Assembly: GCA_002269645.1 (NCBI GenBank)
Contig: NIVC01002207.1
Location: forward strand, 1-64,000
DNA: 64,000 bases
DNA from: Macrostomum lignano
Taxonomy: Eukaryota
Direction of reading: 5' to 3'
In this document: positions 1 to 12,014 of the stretch, piece by piece
Numbering within the stretch: the stretch's first letter is position 1
Layout: each line of letters starts with the position of its first letter
Made by a program: the position numbers and the translations under genes
Notes under the pieces: model-generated
What the model was told of the DNA's origin: nothing
Database searches by the model: none
The model's input: the letters and a program-made list of their open reading frames with translations, nothing else

Positions 1-1050
1 CATCTTTTATGTAATTTTTGTCCTACAAGATTTTGGGTTGCTTGTCGTAGATAGACGGATTGAAATCACAGACTTACAGAAGTCAATTTCAATCATATTT
101 GATCGCAGCCAATGTTAAATTGGGCGAAGTTTTCGTTCTCAAGGAACTTAGAATTACAGCTAAATCTTGTGATATCATAAAAACTCATTTGACGGGTGGT
201 AGCAAAGAAAGGAATGAGAAATTTTGAATGAACTAAATGTAGAGAAATTTTTGTATATAGTTGCTACTGTTACTTTCTTACGGAAAAGGATGCTTTAAAG
301 CAAAAAAATTATCGCCCCTGACAGCTAGCTGGCAGCCACCCCAAAGATCATATGATCTAGCCCAAGATGTCAGCACCCCTTTGAGAAGTGAAATCTCAGC
401 AATTCCCCCTTGAGCCATGCAAAGGCTACTAAAGTAAAGGACGCAACACTCGAATCTATGGAAAATGTTTTGAAGGCCACTTTTCTAACCATGTCCTTTT
501 TGAATGGATGGAGGGAGAGTGTTGGCTGAGGCATGCTGGCAGAGATTTAATCCGATGTGCAGACGATACGCTTTTATTCCTAGAAGAAAGCAATTAAATA
601 AGATGCCTCTATTATAGGTACAGCAAATTTTATAAAGCTTATAGACTTTCATTTTGCGCTACTCATAGTAATAGAAGCAGAGCCCGAGTGCCTTTCGATG
701 AGCAGCAGTGCTGGCTGAAGTAGTGCGCACTGTTTATGCTGCTATATGAGCGGAATGACAAATTGAGTAATGAGTCATGCTGCTCACCCTCGCTTCAACT
801 ACGAGTATGGCGAAGCGCTCGTGCCCCAGCCTCCTCTCCGGCTGGCTTTCGAATTAACAAAAATTTCTTTTGAGTTTTCGCCTGCACATCATGCGGGCGG
901 GCCGCGCATTGTTTCTGCTACTAAAATGGAAATTACAGCAATTAACGATCCGGCAGAAGCAGTTGAGATGAAGAATGCGCGTAAGTGAACTCATTGAGTC
1001 CAAGATATTACTCAGGTGCGCTTGTGCTGCAAATTTGACATGGCGTTCTC

Positions 1051-1528
<478 letters not shown>

Positions 1529-2053
1529 CACGGACAGGTGGAGGGCGAGAAGTAACCAAAGCCAACACAGCGGAATGCCGAACGGCCGCATGAATGGCAC
1601 AGCTGGCTAGCATAAAGGCCTGTCCTCTCAAACAATAAACCGCTCCATCGGGCAGGGGCGGGCGGGTCAGAGTGAAGTGTCATTTGCGGCCGCTGAAATG
1701 GAGCAGGCGGAGCGCGGCATCGAGCGAGAGAAGTGCGCGCTGCTAACCAAAGCCTCCCTTAGATTTTTGAAAGAAGGAAACCTCAGTGGGTCAGGGAAAG
1801 AGAAGATGGCAGTAGTTTGAGAGACTGAGTGGGCCAGGCGGTGTTAACCATGCAATAGAAATGCCTATACACTTACCCCTGAAGTTTTGTCTTATATTCT
1901 GGCAACAATCTCTTTTACACGGCCCCTCTAAGTGCGAGGGTCAGAATAAACCCGACCAGCTCGTTGAGCTCATCTGAGCACTAATTCTTTTGATAAGGTC
2001 AGTCGGCCAGTCCCCGGATCTGCAGCAGCAGCAGCAGCAGCTTGCGTGACGCA

Positions 2054-5000
2054 ATGCAACTGTGTGCAAGGTGGCCAGGGCCTTGGCCACCACAGCTCTG
2101 ATAATCGCAATCCTTCCCTATGAGGCTCGAGCACAGGACGTCTCGCCAGGAGTGGCAGCCGGGGTGACCTTCGCCGTGACGTTTATCGTCTGCGTATGCG
2201 TCTGCGTCATCCTCGTCTGCTACCTGCTGCGGCGAATGCGCCTGATGAAGAGGAGATGTGAGAGCTGGCTGCAAGGGCTTCGGGAGGAGTGGCATTAGCG
2301 GAGAGCATGAGGGGGAGATGGAGAGCATGAGGGGGAGAGGGAGAGCATGAGGGGGAGATAGAGAGCATGAGGGGGAGATGGAGAGCATGAGGGGAGAGGA
2401 GAGCATGAGGGGGAGATAGAGAGCATGAGGGGGAGATGGAGAGCATGAGGGGGAGAGGGAGAGCATGAGGGGGAGAGGGAGAGCATGAGGGGGAGATGGA
2501 GAGCATGAGGGGGAGTGGGAGAGCATGAGGGGGAGATGGAGAGCATGAGGGGAAGAGGGAGAGCATGAGGGGGAGAGGGAGAGCATGAGGGGAGATAGAG
2601 AGCATGAGGGGGAGAGGGAGAGCATGAGGGGGAGATGGAGAGCATGAGGGGGAGAGGGAAAGCATGAGGGGGAGAGGGAGAGCATGAGGGGGAGATGGAG
2701 AGCATGAGGGGGAGATAGAGAGCATGAGGGGAGAGGGAGAACATGAGGGGGAGATGGAGAGCATGAGGGGGAGATGGAGAGCATGAGGGGAGATGGAGAG
2801 CATGAGGGGAGAGGGAGAGCATGAGGGGGAGAGGGAGAGCATGAGGGAGAGATGGAGAGCATGAGGGGAGAGGGAAAGCATGAGGGGGAGAGGAGAGCAT
2901 GAGGGGAGATGGAGAGCATGAGGGGGAGATAGAGAGCATGAGGGGGAGAGGAGAACATGAGGGGGAGATGGAGAGCATGAGGGGGAGATGGAGAGCATGA
3001 GGGGAGATGGAGAGCATGAGAGGGAGAGGGAGAGCATGAGGGGGAGAGGGAGAGCATGAGGGGAGATGGAGAGCATGAGGGGAGATGGAGAGCATGAGGG
3101 GGAGAGGAGAAGAGCATGAGAGGGTAGAGGGACAGGGATACAGTTCACTTTAACCTAGTCCCTTTGTCGTCGCACCCTCCTTGGACAGCGAGCTCACACA
3201 GGTCCCGGTCCGGCGTCGAGAACACCGGCTTTGATTGGGTGGAGAACCGGCCCGCAACCACCGGTCGCCGAGCTGAGCAGAGCGGCGGCGCCTCAGTGCG
3301 GATGGTCAACGAGCAGGATTCTGCCAAAGTGGTGAGCCAGCCCACAGATTATCCTGTGAGCCAACCTGTGTTTCACCTGGTTCCCGGTGTTCACCTGATT
3401 CCCGGTGTTCACCTGGTTCCTGGTGTTCACCTGATTCCCGGTGTTCACCTGATTCCCGGTGTTCATCTGGTTCCCGGTGTTCACCTGATTCCCGGTGTTC
3501 ACCTGGTTCCCGGTGTTCACCTGGTTCCCGTGTTCACCTGGTTCCCGGTGTTCACCTGGTTCCCGGTGTTCACCTGGTTCCCGGTGTTCACCTGATTCCC
3601 GGTGTTCACCTGATTCCCGGTGTTCACCTGGTTCCCGGTGTTCACCTGATTCCCGGTGTTCACCTGGTTCCCGGTGTTCACCTGGTTCCCAGTGTTCAGC
3701 TGTTCACTATCAAACCATTGTCTTCATCAACAACTTCAGCATGTCAACAAGCCAAAGCCGGAGGTCAAGGATCTAATATCAGTTTGCGCCACCAAGCTTG
3801 AGGACTTGGAATTAAAGATTAAGCTGAGCAACAACATGGTCCTGGTGTCCAAGGACCCCGCGCACAGCTCGCTCTGCAGTCGGCAAGGCGTTCGAGCAGG
3901 TAATTTCGTTGTCCTGATGTCAACCCCAACCCCAACCCCAACCCCAACCCCAACCCCAACCCCAACCCCAACCCCAACCCCAACCCCAACCCCAACCCCA
4001 ACCCCAACCCCAACCCCAACCCCAACCCCAACCCCAACCTCAACCCTAACCCCAACCTAAATCCTAACAATTCCCTTGCTAACGAATGCCGGCCTCTCCA
4101 CTGCCTTAGGCGACCGCATCGTGGCGATCCGGGTCGACCTAACAGCTGGCGAAGCGGCCGACGCGGTCGACCCCGATCATGTGAGCTTCCTGCTCGGCCT
4201 GGCCGGTTGCTACGGCCTCACAGTAGAATTCCAGCACCAGCAGCCAGCGACTTCAGCCGCCGCCGCCGCCGCCGCCGCCCCGCCGCTGCCGCGTCAACAC
4301 CGTTGCGCGAGGCCTCGCGAAGCGTCGCCCTACCATCGATCGTTGTCTCCGAGGAGGCGCCGGCGCCTGCGCCTACAGGAGGGCCGCGGCTTCTGCTGGC
4401 CCGCGGCGGCGGAGTCCCGCAGGCGGCAGCTGGTGGCCAACTCGAGCGGGCCCTGCTGAACTCCGACTGGACGGAGGCGGAGCCACAGGAAGACGAATGG
4501 GTGGCACTGTCGGTGGATCTGATGCTGAAAGAGGAGGCCGACTCGCACGCCTACGCTGTCATTGGCGAGGTGGCGGTCCCGAACCTCGACTTGTCGCTGG
4601 AACCCGGAGACGAAGGCAAAACCTGGCGCTCGTTGGGTGGCGCCGTTGAAGACGCGCTGACCGAGTCCACAGGCAGGCGCGGCTCCGCCTCGTCAGGTGG
4701 CACCTCGTCAGGCACGGCGAACACCCTGGTGGAGATGCCGCGGCCGCGCAGCGACGACAGCCTGTCAGCGTCCGGGGATGACGATCTGGACGAGGCCGAC
4801 CTAGTGGTTCAGGCTGTTAGGAATGCCGACAAAGCGTTGTCGAATGCGGAATCCGCGGAAGTCGAACCGGAAGTGGAGATTGATGTTGAAGAAAAAGTCG
4901 AAGCTGCGGTTGACTTGGCAACTCATGCCGAAGTGGAATTCAATGGGGAAGTTGAAGTGGGCCTCAGACCGGAAGCTGATGTGGAACTAGAACTCGATTT

Positions 5001-7794
5001 TGAGAGCCAACCAGAGGTGGAGGCGGAAGTAAAATTCGATGTTGACGTCCGACCGAAAGTTGATGCGGAAGTGGAGCTGGATGCTAACTTACGACCAGAA
5101 GTTGAAGCGGAAGTAGACTTCGGTGTTGATATCCGACCGGAAGTTGATGCAGAATTGGAACTTGATGTTGACGTTCGACAGGAGGCGGAAGTAGAATTCG
5201 GTGTTGATGTCCGACCGGAAGCGGAAGTAGAATTCGGTGATGTCCGACCAGAGGTGGAAGCGGAAGTAGAATTCGATGTTGATGGCCGACCAGAGGTGGG
5301 GGCGGAAGTAGAATTCGGTGTTGATGTCCGACCAGAAGCGGAAGTAGAATTCGGTGTTGATGTCCGACCGGAAGCGCAAGTAGAATTCGGTGCTGATGTC
5401 CGACCGGAAGCGCAAGTAGAATTCGGTGTTGATGTCCGACCGGAAGCGCAAGTAGAATTCGGTGTTGATGTCCGTCCAGAAGCGGAAGTAGAATTCGGTG
5501 TTGATGTCCGACCGGAAGCGGAAGTAGAATTCGGTGTTGATGTCCGTCCAGAAGCGGAAGTAGAAATCGACGCTGATGCAGAAGTTGAAAGGGAATTGGA
5601 AGCGGATGCAAAAGTGGAAGTAGAATCGGAAGAAGAAATCGGATCTGATATTGAGATCAAATCGGGCGCTGAAGTAGACCTGGGTGTACAGGCCGAGGCG
5701 GAAGTCGACCTGGATGTACATGCTGAGGCGGAAGTCGACCTGGATGTACAGGCTGAGGCGGAAGTCGACCTGGATGTACAGGCTGAGGCGGAAGTCGACC
5801 TGGATGTACAGGCCGAGGCGGAAGTCGACCTGAATGTACAGGCGGAGCTGGATTCGGACGCAGAGGAGATCGTAGAGGCCGCAGTCAGCTCGGTGGCGCA
5901 GTCGGCGCAGTCAATCAATCTAGAACGGAAGGCGCCCAAACTGGAAGTTCGAACCGAAGCCCCGGAAGTTAAAGAAGATATTGACGAGATTCAACGAGAC
6001 GACGACATCGAGGAGGTCTCTATCGATGACGACACGCCGGAAGTCCGCAGCCTGGATGCGTCAGCGCCGGCTCGCTGGGTAGGCCGGGCCGAGTCCAGCG
6101 GCAGCCGCAGCAGCAACGAAAGCATCGACGACAACTCGGACGGAGAGGCCGGCAGCGACCGCCGGCTGCGAAAGGCAATACGCCAGGCGGCCAGAGCAGT
6201 TGAGAAAGATGCCGAAGACGGGGAGGCTGCGGCGGCATCGAGTAAGACGCCGAACTCTACGCGGGAGAAAACGGCAGAATGGCAAAGTTTGGAGAATCAC
6301 CCGGTGACCGGAGGCCGGTGGGAGAATCTGGAGAATCGGCCGGTGACTGGAAGCCAGTGGGAGAATCTGGAGAATCGCCCGGTGACTGGAGGCCGGTGGG
6401 AAAACTTAAACAATCTGCCGGTTGATACAGGTAAGTTGCATAATTGTAAAGTTATAAAGCGATAAAACACAAATTCACCTATTTACCATGCGTTCATTAA
6501 CAATAATAACTGACAAAAGGAAAGTTCTAAATTTGACATGAAACCTCCAATTTAATACTCTCTACTCAATCTGCTTTTACAAGCACCTCAACCGCTAGCC
6601 AGCTAACTTCTACACCCACCTCACTCCTTTTTTATTAGAGGCAGGGGGGTTGTGTGCACCCTGGCGCACTTTAAGCGACATAGGCACACAACCGGCGAGA
6701 GGCATTACTGCCCATTCCGCCGACTCCCCTGAGCAGGCATGCAAGCGCGCGGATACGTACGCAGGCACACACTCACACAGGAGTGTACAGCGGCCCTAAC
6801 TTATTTATCGTTAGGCATGTACACTTCACTGCGCCTTGGGGGGTTGGCTCTCAAGGCCGTTAATTGCACGAGCAGAGCCAAACCGAGATTCCAATTCAGC
6901 CCCAAATTAATGTGAACCTGCACTTGGAATCGAGCCTGGGTCGCTGGCACACCAGAGCAGCTGCGCTACCGCTGGGCTACGGCCCCTCCACCTCACTCCT
7001 TGCACCCGGCTCACTCCTTACACCCACCTCACTCCTTGCACCCACCTCACTCACTCCTTGCACCCTCCTCACTCCTTACACCCACCTCATTCCTTACACC
7101 CACCTAACTGCAATTACACCCACCTCAAGCCTTACAACCACTTCACTCCTTACACCCACCCGTGTCAACCCACAATAACAAACTGATCCAACTACATCGC
7201 TCAGTAACAGAGATAGGTATACACACAACTGACTCTAAAATTAAAAAACTAATTGGTTCTCTCCACAGTCCAAGAGCCGGAGTTGGCAGCGTCTATCGTA
7301 CAGCATCCGAAGCCGCAACAGAAAGCGTCCAGAATTCCCAGCGCTCATTAAGCTCAATTCTCAGGGACGTCGAATCCGCAACTGTAGACCTGGTAAATAA
7401 CGAGGCACAGGCCGCTGCCGCGGCCGCCGCCGAGGACAACCACAGGGGCGCGGAGTCGCCACCAGTTATCGACGAGACCAACATCAAAGCGACCCAGGCG
7501 CCGGTTCCGGTCGTCCAGCTGGACTTTCAGGCGCTGCAGGAGGCGGAGGACGAGGCGGGCGAGCCCGAGTCGCCGCTGCTGGATCCGGAGCTGGTGCGGG
7601 AGATCCAGGCCGGCGCTGAGGGAATCTGGGACGACGATGAGGAGAACGGCGTGGAGGAAGGTGACGCTCTCCAGCTGGAGGAGTCGGAGGGCGAACTGTC
7701 GGACAGCTTTCAGGAGTTTCTCAACAATGAGGAACTGCTGGAGCAGGACGGATTCAGCCGTATGATACGAAAGCTGGAAGAGTCAGACGCCTGA
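2054..7794 (+). CDS. Multi-exon predicted single-pass membrane protein: signal peptide, tiny ectodomain, TM, degenerate PDZ-like domain, long acidic repeat region
   Basis: Exons joined by GT-AG with matching phases: ~2054/2062-2257 (..ALIIAILPYEARA-QDVSPG-TM GVTFAVTFIVCVCVCVILVCYLL-RRMR), 3189-3331, 3740-3899 (..GVRA), 4110-6430 (GDRIVAIRV.. then acidic repeats) and a last exon from ~7269 to the stop at 7794. Problems: the ATG at 2054 is out of frame by 2 nt across a TG run, one G is missing in a (GCC)n run at ~4280, and the phase into the last exon is uncertain. Confidence 0.65.
2300..3122. repeat. ~20-21-nt GA-rich minisatellite (GGAGAGCATGAGGGGGAGA..)
   Basis: Visible tandem array that fills intron 1 of the TM-PDZ gene. 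Confidence 0.97.
3369..3698. repeat. 18-nt minisatellite (TGTTCACCTGGTTCCCGG)
   Basis: Tandem array in the intron between exons 3189-3331 and 3740-3899. Confidence 0.96.
3921..4058. repeat. (CAACCC)n hexamer, i.e. (TTGGGG)n on the minus strand, telomere-like
   Basis: About 20 perfect units, ending in variants that include CCCTAA. It lies in the intron that splits the PDZ-like domain. Confidence 0.95.
5040..5845 (+). repeat. Coding tandem repeats: 36-nt (EVEFGVDVRPEA) and 30-nt (AEVDLDVQAE) units
   Basis: In-frame repeats inside ORF 4207-6465, with synonymous-type variation between units. Confidence 0.9.
6628..6984 (-). mobile_element. tRNA-derived SINE, copy 1
   Basis: Its reverse complement aligns over ~330 nt with 43561-43895. 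Head GGCCGTAGCCCAGCGG (A box) and GGCTCGATTCC (B box); A-rich tail. CCACCTCACTCC flanks both sides (6616-6627, 6988-6999), though this is also the host minisatellite unit. Confidence 0.85.
6990..7160. repeat. 18-nt minisatellite (CACCCACCTCACTCCTTA), left arm of an inverted pair
   Basis: Tandem units; a reverse-complement array lies at 7845-8095. Confidence 0.9.
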
Positions 7795-7844
7795 GGAGTA
7801 GCGGTGAGAGTTAATTTTGCTTCTTGTAACTGGTGCCGTGCATG

Positions 7845-8095
7845 AGGTGGTTGTAAGGAGTAAGGTGGGTGTGAGGTGGGTGTAAGATTAGTGAGGTGGG
7901 TGTGAGGAGTGAGGTGGGTGTAAGGAGTGAGGTGGGTGTGAGGAGTGAGGTGGGTGTGAGGAGTGAGGTGCCTGTAATTACAGTTAGGTGGGTGTAAGGA
8001 GTGAAGTGGGTGTGAGGAGTGAGATGGGTGTAAGGAGTGAAGTGGGTGTAAGGAGTGAGGTGGGTGTAAGGAGTGAGGTGGGTGGGTACAGTTGA
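7845..8095. repeat. 18-nt minisatellite (GAGGTGGGTGTAAGGAGT), right arm of an inverted pair
   Basis: Reverse complement of the 6990-7160 array, including the same unusual variant modules. Confidence 0.9.
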
Positions 8096-8674
8096 AGTAG
8101 CTAAAAGTATCTCATGACTATTTACGCTCGTACCCTGTGCCCCTCTGCTCTTTGTAGGCAGCGATCGATAATGGATGACCTTACACATACTTGTTACGGG
8201 CAGCTGCATGCAGAGGAATGATCATAGAAGAAATGAATTTCTCACAAATAGCTTGTACATGTAACGCCAGTTATCCACTCAAATCAGTCAGTCGCGTATG
8301 TCATACACGATTCCATAATAGATAAAAAAATGTCCGACTATACTACTAACCACAGTTTTCAATCTTGCTTATCTGAAAATTTTGTTGTGTTGAATGTTTG
8401 CATATAAAATACCCGTCCCCCACTTTGCCTTATTGCATGCGCTTTCTATTTTTGAACTTTGCTCATGTGGGTGTCTGAGCGTATTAGTCCAATTCGCATC
8501 AGCCTGTCAACATTTTACGCTCGTAACACTTCATGACGATGACTTACTCATGACTTAACAGCAGAATAAAAGTGCCATGCAATTTTTCATTGAACTATGA
8601 ATATTTGAAGCTTGACGACTAGCTATAATTGTAGTAAATTCCTGCTTTCATCGATTAATTAGACAAGATAACTT

Positions 8675-9668
8675 GAGGATCTGGGGGGGGGGGGCTGGCC
8701 CAGCAACTGAGGATCTGGGAGGCTGGCCCAGCAACTGAGGATCTGGGAGGCTGGCCCAGCAACTGAGGATCTGGGAGGCTGGCCCAGCAACTGAGGATCT
8801 GGGAGGCTGGCCCAGCAACAGAGGATCTTGGAGGCTGGCCCAACAACTGAGGATCTGGGAGGCTGGCCCAGCAACAGAGGATCTTGGTGGCTGGCCCAGC
8901 AACTGAGGATCTGAGAGGCTGGCCCAGCAACTGAAGACCTGGAGGCTGGCCCAGCAACTGAGGATCTGAGAGGCTGGCCCAGCAACTGAGGATCTGGGAG
9001 GCTGGCCCAGCAACTGAGGATCTGGAAGGCTGGCCCAGCAACTGAGGATCTGGAAGGCTGACCCAGCAACTGAGGATCTGGAAAGCTGGCCCAGCAACTG
9101 AGGATCTGGGAAACTGGCGGACTGAGGATCTGGGAGGCTGGCCCAGCAACTGAGGATCTGAGAGGCTGGCCCAGCAACTGAAGATCTGGGAGGCTGGCCC
9201 AGCAACTGAGGATCTGAGAGGCTGGCCCAGCAACTGAAGACCTGGGAGGCTGGCCCAGCAACTGAGGATCTGAGAGGCTGGCCCAGCAACTGAAGACCTG
9301 GGAGGCTGGCCCAGCAACTGAGGATCTGGGAGGCTGGCCCAGCAACTGAGGATCTGAGAGGCTGGCCCAGCAACTGAAGACCTGGGAGGCTGGCCCAGCA
9401 ACTGAGGATCTGAGAGGCTGGCCCAGCAACTGAAGACCTGGGAGGCTGGCCCAGCAACTGAGGATCTGGGAGGCTGGCCCAGCAACTGAGGATCTGAGAG
9501 GCTGGCCCAGCAACTGAAGACCTGGGAGGCTGGCCCAGCAACTGAGGATCTGAGAGGCTGGCCCAGCAACTGAAGACCTGGGAGGCTGGCCCAGCAACTG
9601 AAGATCTGTGAGGCTGGCCCAGCAACTGAGGATCTGGAAGGCTGGCCCAGCAACTGAGGATCTGGAAG
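8675..9668. repeat. 28-nt minisatellite (GAGGCTGGCCCAGCAACTGAGGATCTGG)
   Basis: About 35 tandem units between the two convergent PDZ genes; source of three spurious minus-strand ORFs. Confidence 0.97.
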
Positions 9669-10486
9669 GGTGGCAACCCAAATCCGACAAGATAAAAAAT
9701 CAGAACATGAGCCACGCAAAAGATACAATCGATTTCCCAGCAACAAAATGGCACAAGAGACACGAGCCAAGTGTATATTTATGAATTTATTATTTCAATT
9801 GATAAAAAACACAAAAAACTTTGAGCAGACAGACATCAGCTGTGAGTATTGGGCACAATAGTATATAATAATCGTGAACCGTATAAACATGAATTTGTGT
9901 ATAAGACAGATCTATAGCACATCCTAATCTGATGATAATCGTAAAGCTATTTGGATTTCTAAATATATCGATTGTAGAAATCAGCTTACAATAATGAGTT
10001 GTACTTTTCGAAAGCAGAGAATCTAACACAACAGAATCGCAGTGCAACACGTACGTACCCTGATAGCATCAGTAAAATTGAGTCCAGCTGTCTTAACTAG
10101 TGGAAGAGCAGCGATATCTGTAGTGAGCTGATGATGAAACAACGGAGAACGGGGGGGGGGCGACACGTGGAATGACAAAAACTGTGCTGAAATGTGCAGT
10201 ACAAATTTGAAACGACAGAACACACGGCACTACACGGGCAGTACGTTCACACACACAAGAATCTAAAAACGGAAATATTCATCATAAGATATAAAAGCAC
10301 TAAGCCAAAAAAGTTATTGGAATAAGTTTAATGCCGAAAAAGCGCAATTATTCTTTTTAGTAGATAAAAAGTGATGATTTTCATCAAGTACTTTGCAGGT
10401 TTGCCGCTACAGTCTGGAACGAGATCGTTAGTTGGCCTGTAAAACAAAATGGAAAAACAATACGTCTGTTAGTGTTTTTGATATGC

Positions 10487-11599
10487 TCAAAGCGATTGGA
10501 ACATGTTGCTCTTCTCAGAGAAAGTTCCCGGCTTCATCTTGACCTGGGTGCGCTTGTTCTGGCCTATCTTGGCCCGCATCTCCTCCAGGCTGATGTTGCC
10601 GACTGGGTCGCTGCCTTTGCCGCCGCCGCCGTTCTGGGCTGCGGCTGCCGGGGCCGCGGCTTTGGCGACTGGCGCCGGCGGGGTCGGCGACGGGGCTTCG
10701 GCGACTGGCGCCGGCGGGGTCGGCGACGGGGCTTCGGCGACTGGCGCCGGCGGGGTCGGCGACGGGGCTTCGGCGACTGGCGCTGGCGGGGTCGGGGACG
10801 AGCGGCGCTGCTGCTGCGGACTCGGAGCCGGAGATGCAGTTTGCGATGAAACGGCACTCAGCTGCTGAATAAGGGAGGTGGAGGTCATGGGCGTGAGCAG
10901 ATGAGGCTGATGCTATGTGACCAGTGACTCTTATTGATGAGGATGTCAGCAGTGGTGTAACCAGTGACTCTTATTGATTAGGATGTCAGCAGTGATGTAA
11001 CCAGTGACTCTTATTGATGAGGATGTCAGCAGTGGTGTAACCAGTGACTCTTATTAATGAGGATGTCAGCAGTGGTGTAACCAGTGACTCTTATTGACGA
11101 GGATGTCAGCAGGTGAGGTGGCGTAGCCAGTACTCTCTTTATAAAGGCCAGTGATTGAGTTATTGACTTTGCCATAGAAAATGGCATGACTATATTACAT
11201 GATTATATTATAAACTCAGCCAGTTGAATCAACACCGGAATTTCGACTGACAACTGAGGCTAAACTGACCCTTGCTCACGTTAGCTACTCAATTCTCCTG
11301 AATTAATTCAAAGCCAAAAAGCAAACAGGCCCCAGGCAAACCCATTCAAGCGAACAAACGTTAAAACACGCCTTAACATGTCGCCCGTTTCCCCGTATTG
11401 GATTGTAAATTTTATTTTATTTGCAAGGTCATACACACGCACACACAGGTGCAAGGGAAACTCTGACCAGCGATATAAAAATTCAATGCTAATTTTGCTT
11501 CTTTATCAAAAATATTCAGTGAAGCAAATCAGAGAAATATGGAAATATTCAGTAGTTTACTGAGAGAGAACACACGCGTACAGAGCAGAGACCGTCTCT

Positions 11600-11637
<38 letters not shown>

Positions 11638-11927
11638 CTAACAAATTTGGCTTGGCTGTAAAACTCCGTCTACAAGCAGTGTTAATATTTTCTATTCCTA
11701 ACTATATCAAACCCTTTCTAGAATGGGCGGCAACTTGGCGAAAGAAAATAGAGAATCTACGTACATATCACAAAAATCCTTGTTAAATATTTCTCTGCAG
11801 ACCTACCCCAGCCTAACCACTGACCGGCCTCACTGTTCGGCATTCGGTGTAGCGCAGCAGTTCAGGCTTAGTCACCTGATACGGTAAGGCTTTGAAAAGC
11901 GAACCCTATAGCGAACTAGCGAACCTA

Positions 11928-12014
<87 letters not shown>

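Noticed and set aside
4257-4290. Pseudogenisation or recoding of the TM-PDZ gene
   Set aside because: One missing G in a (GCC)n run (and a 2-nt offset in a TG run near 2061) is typical of long-read consensus error; it cannot be called without reads.
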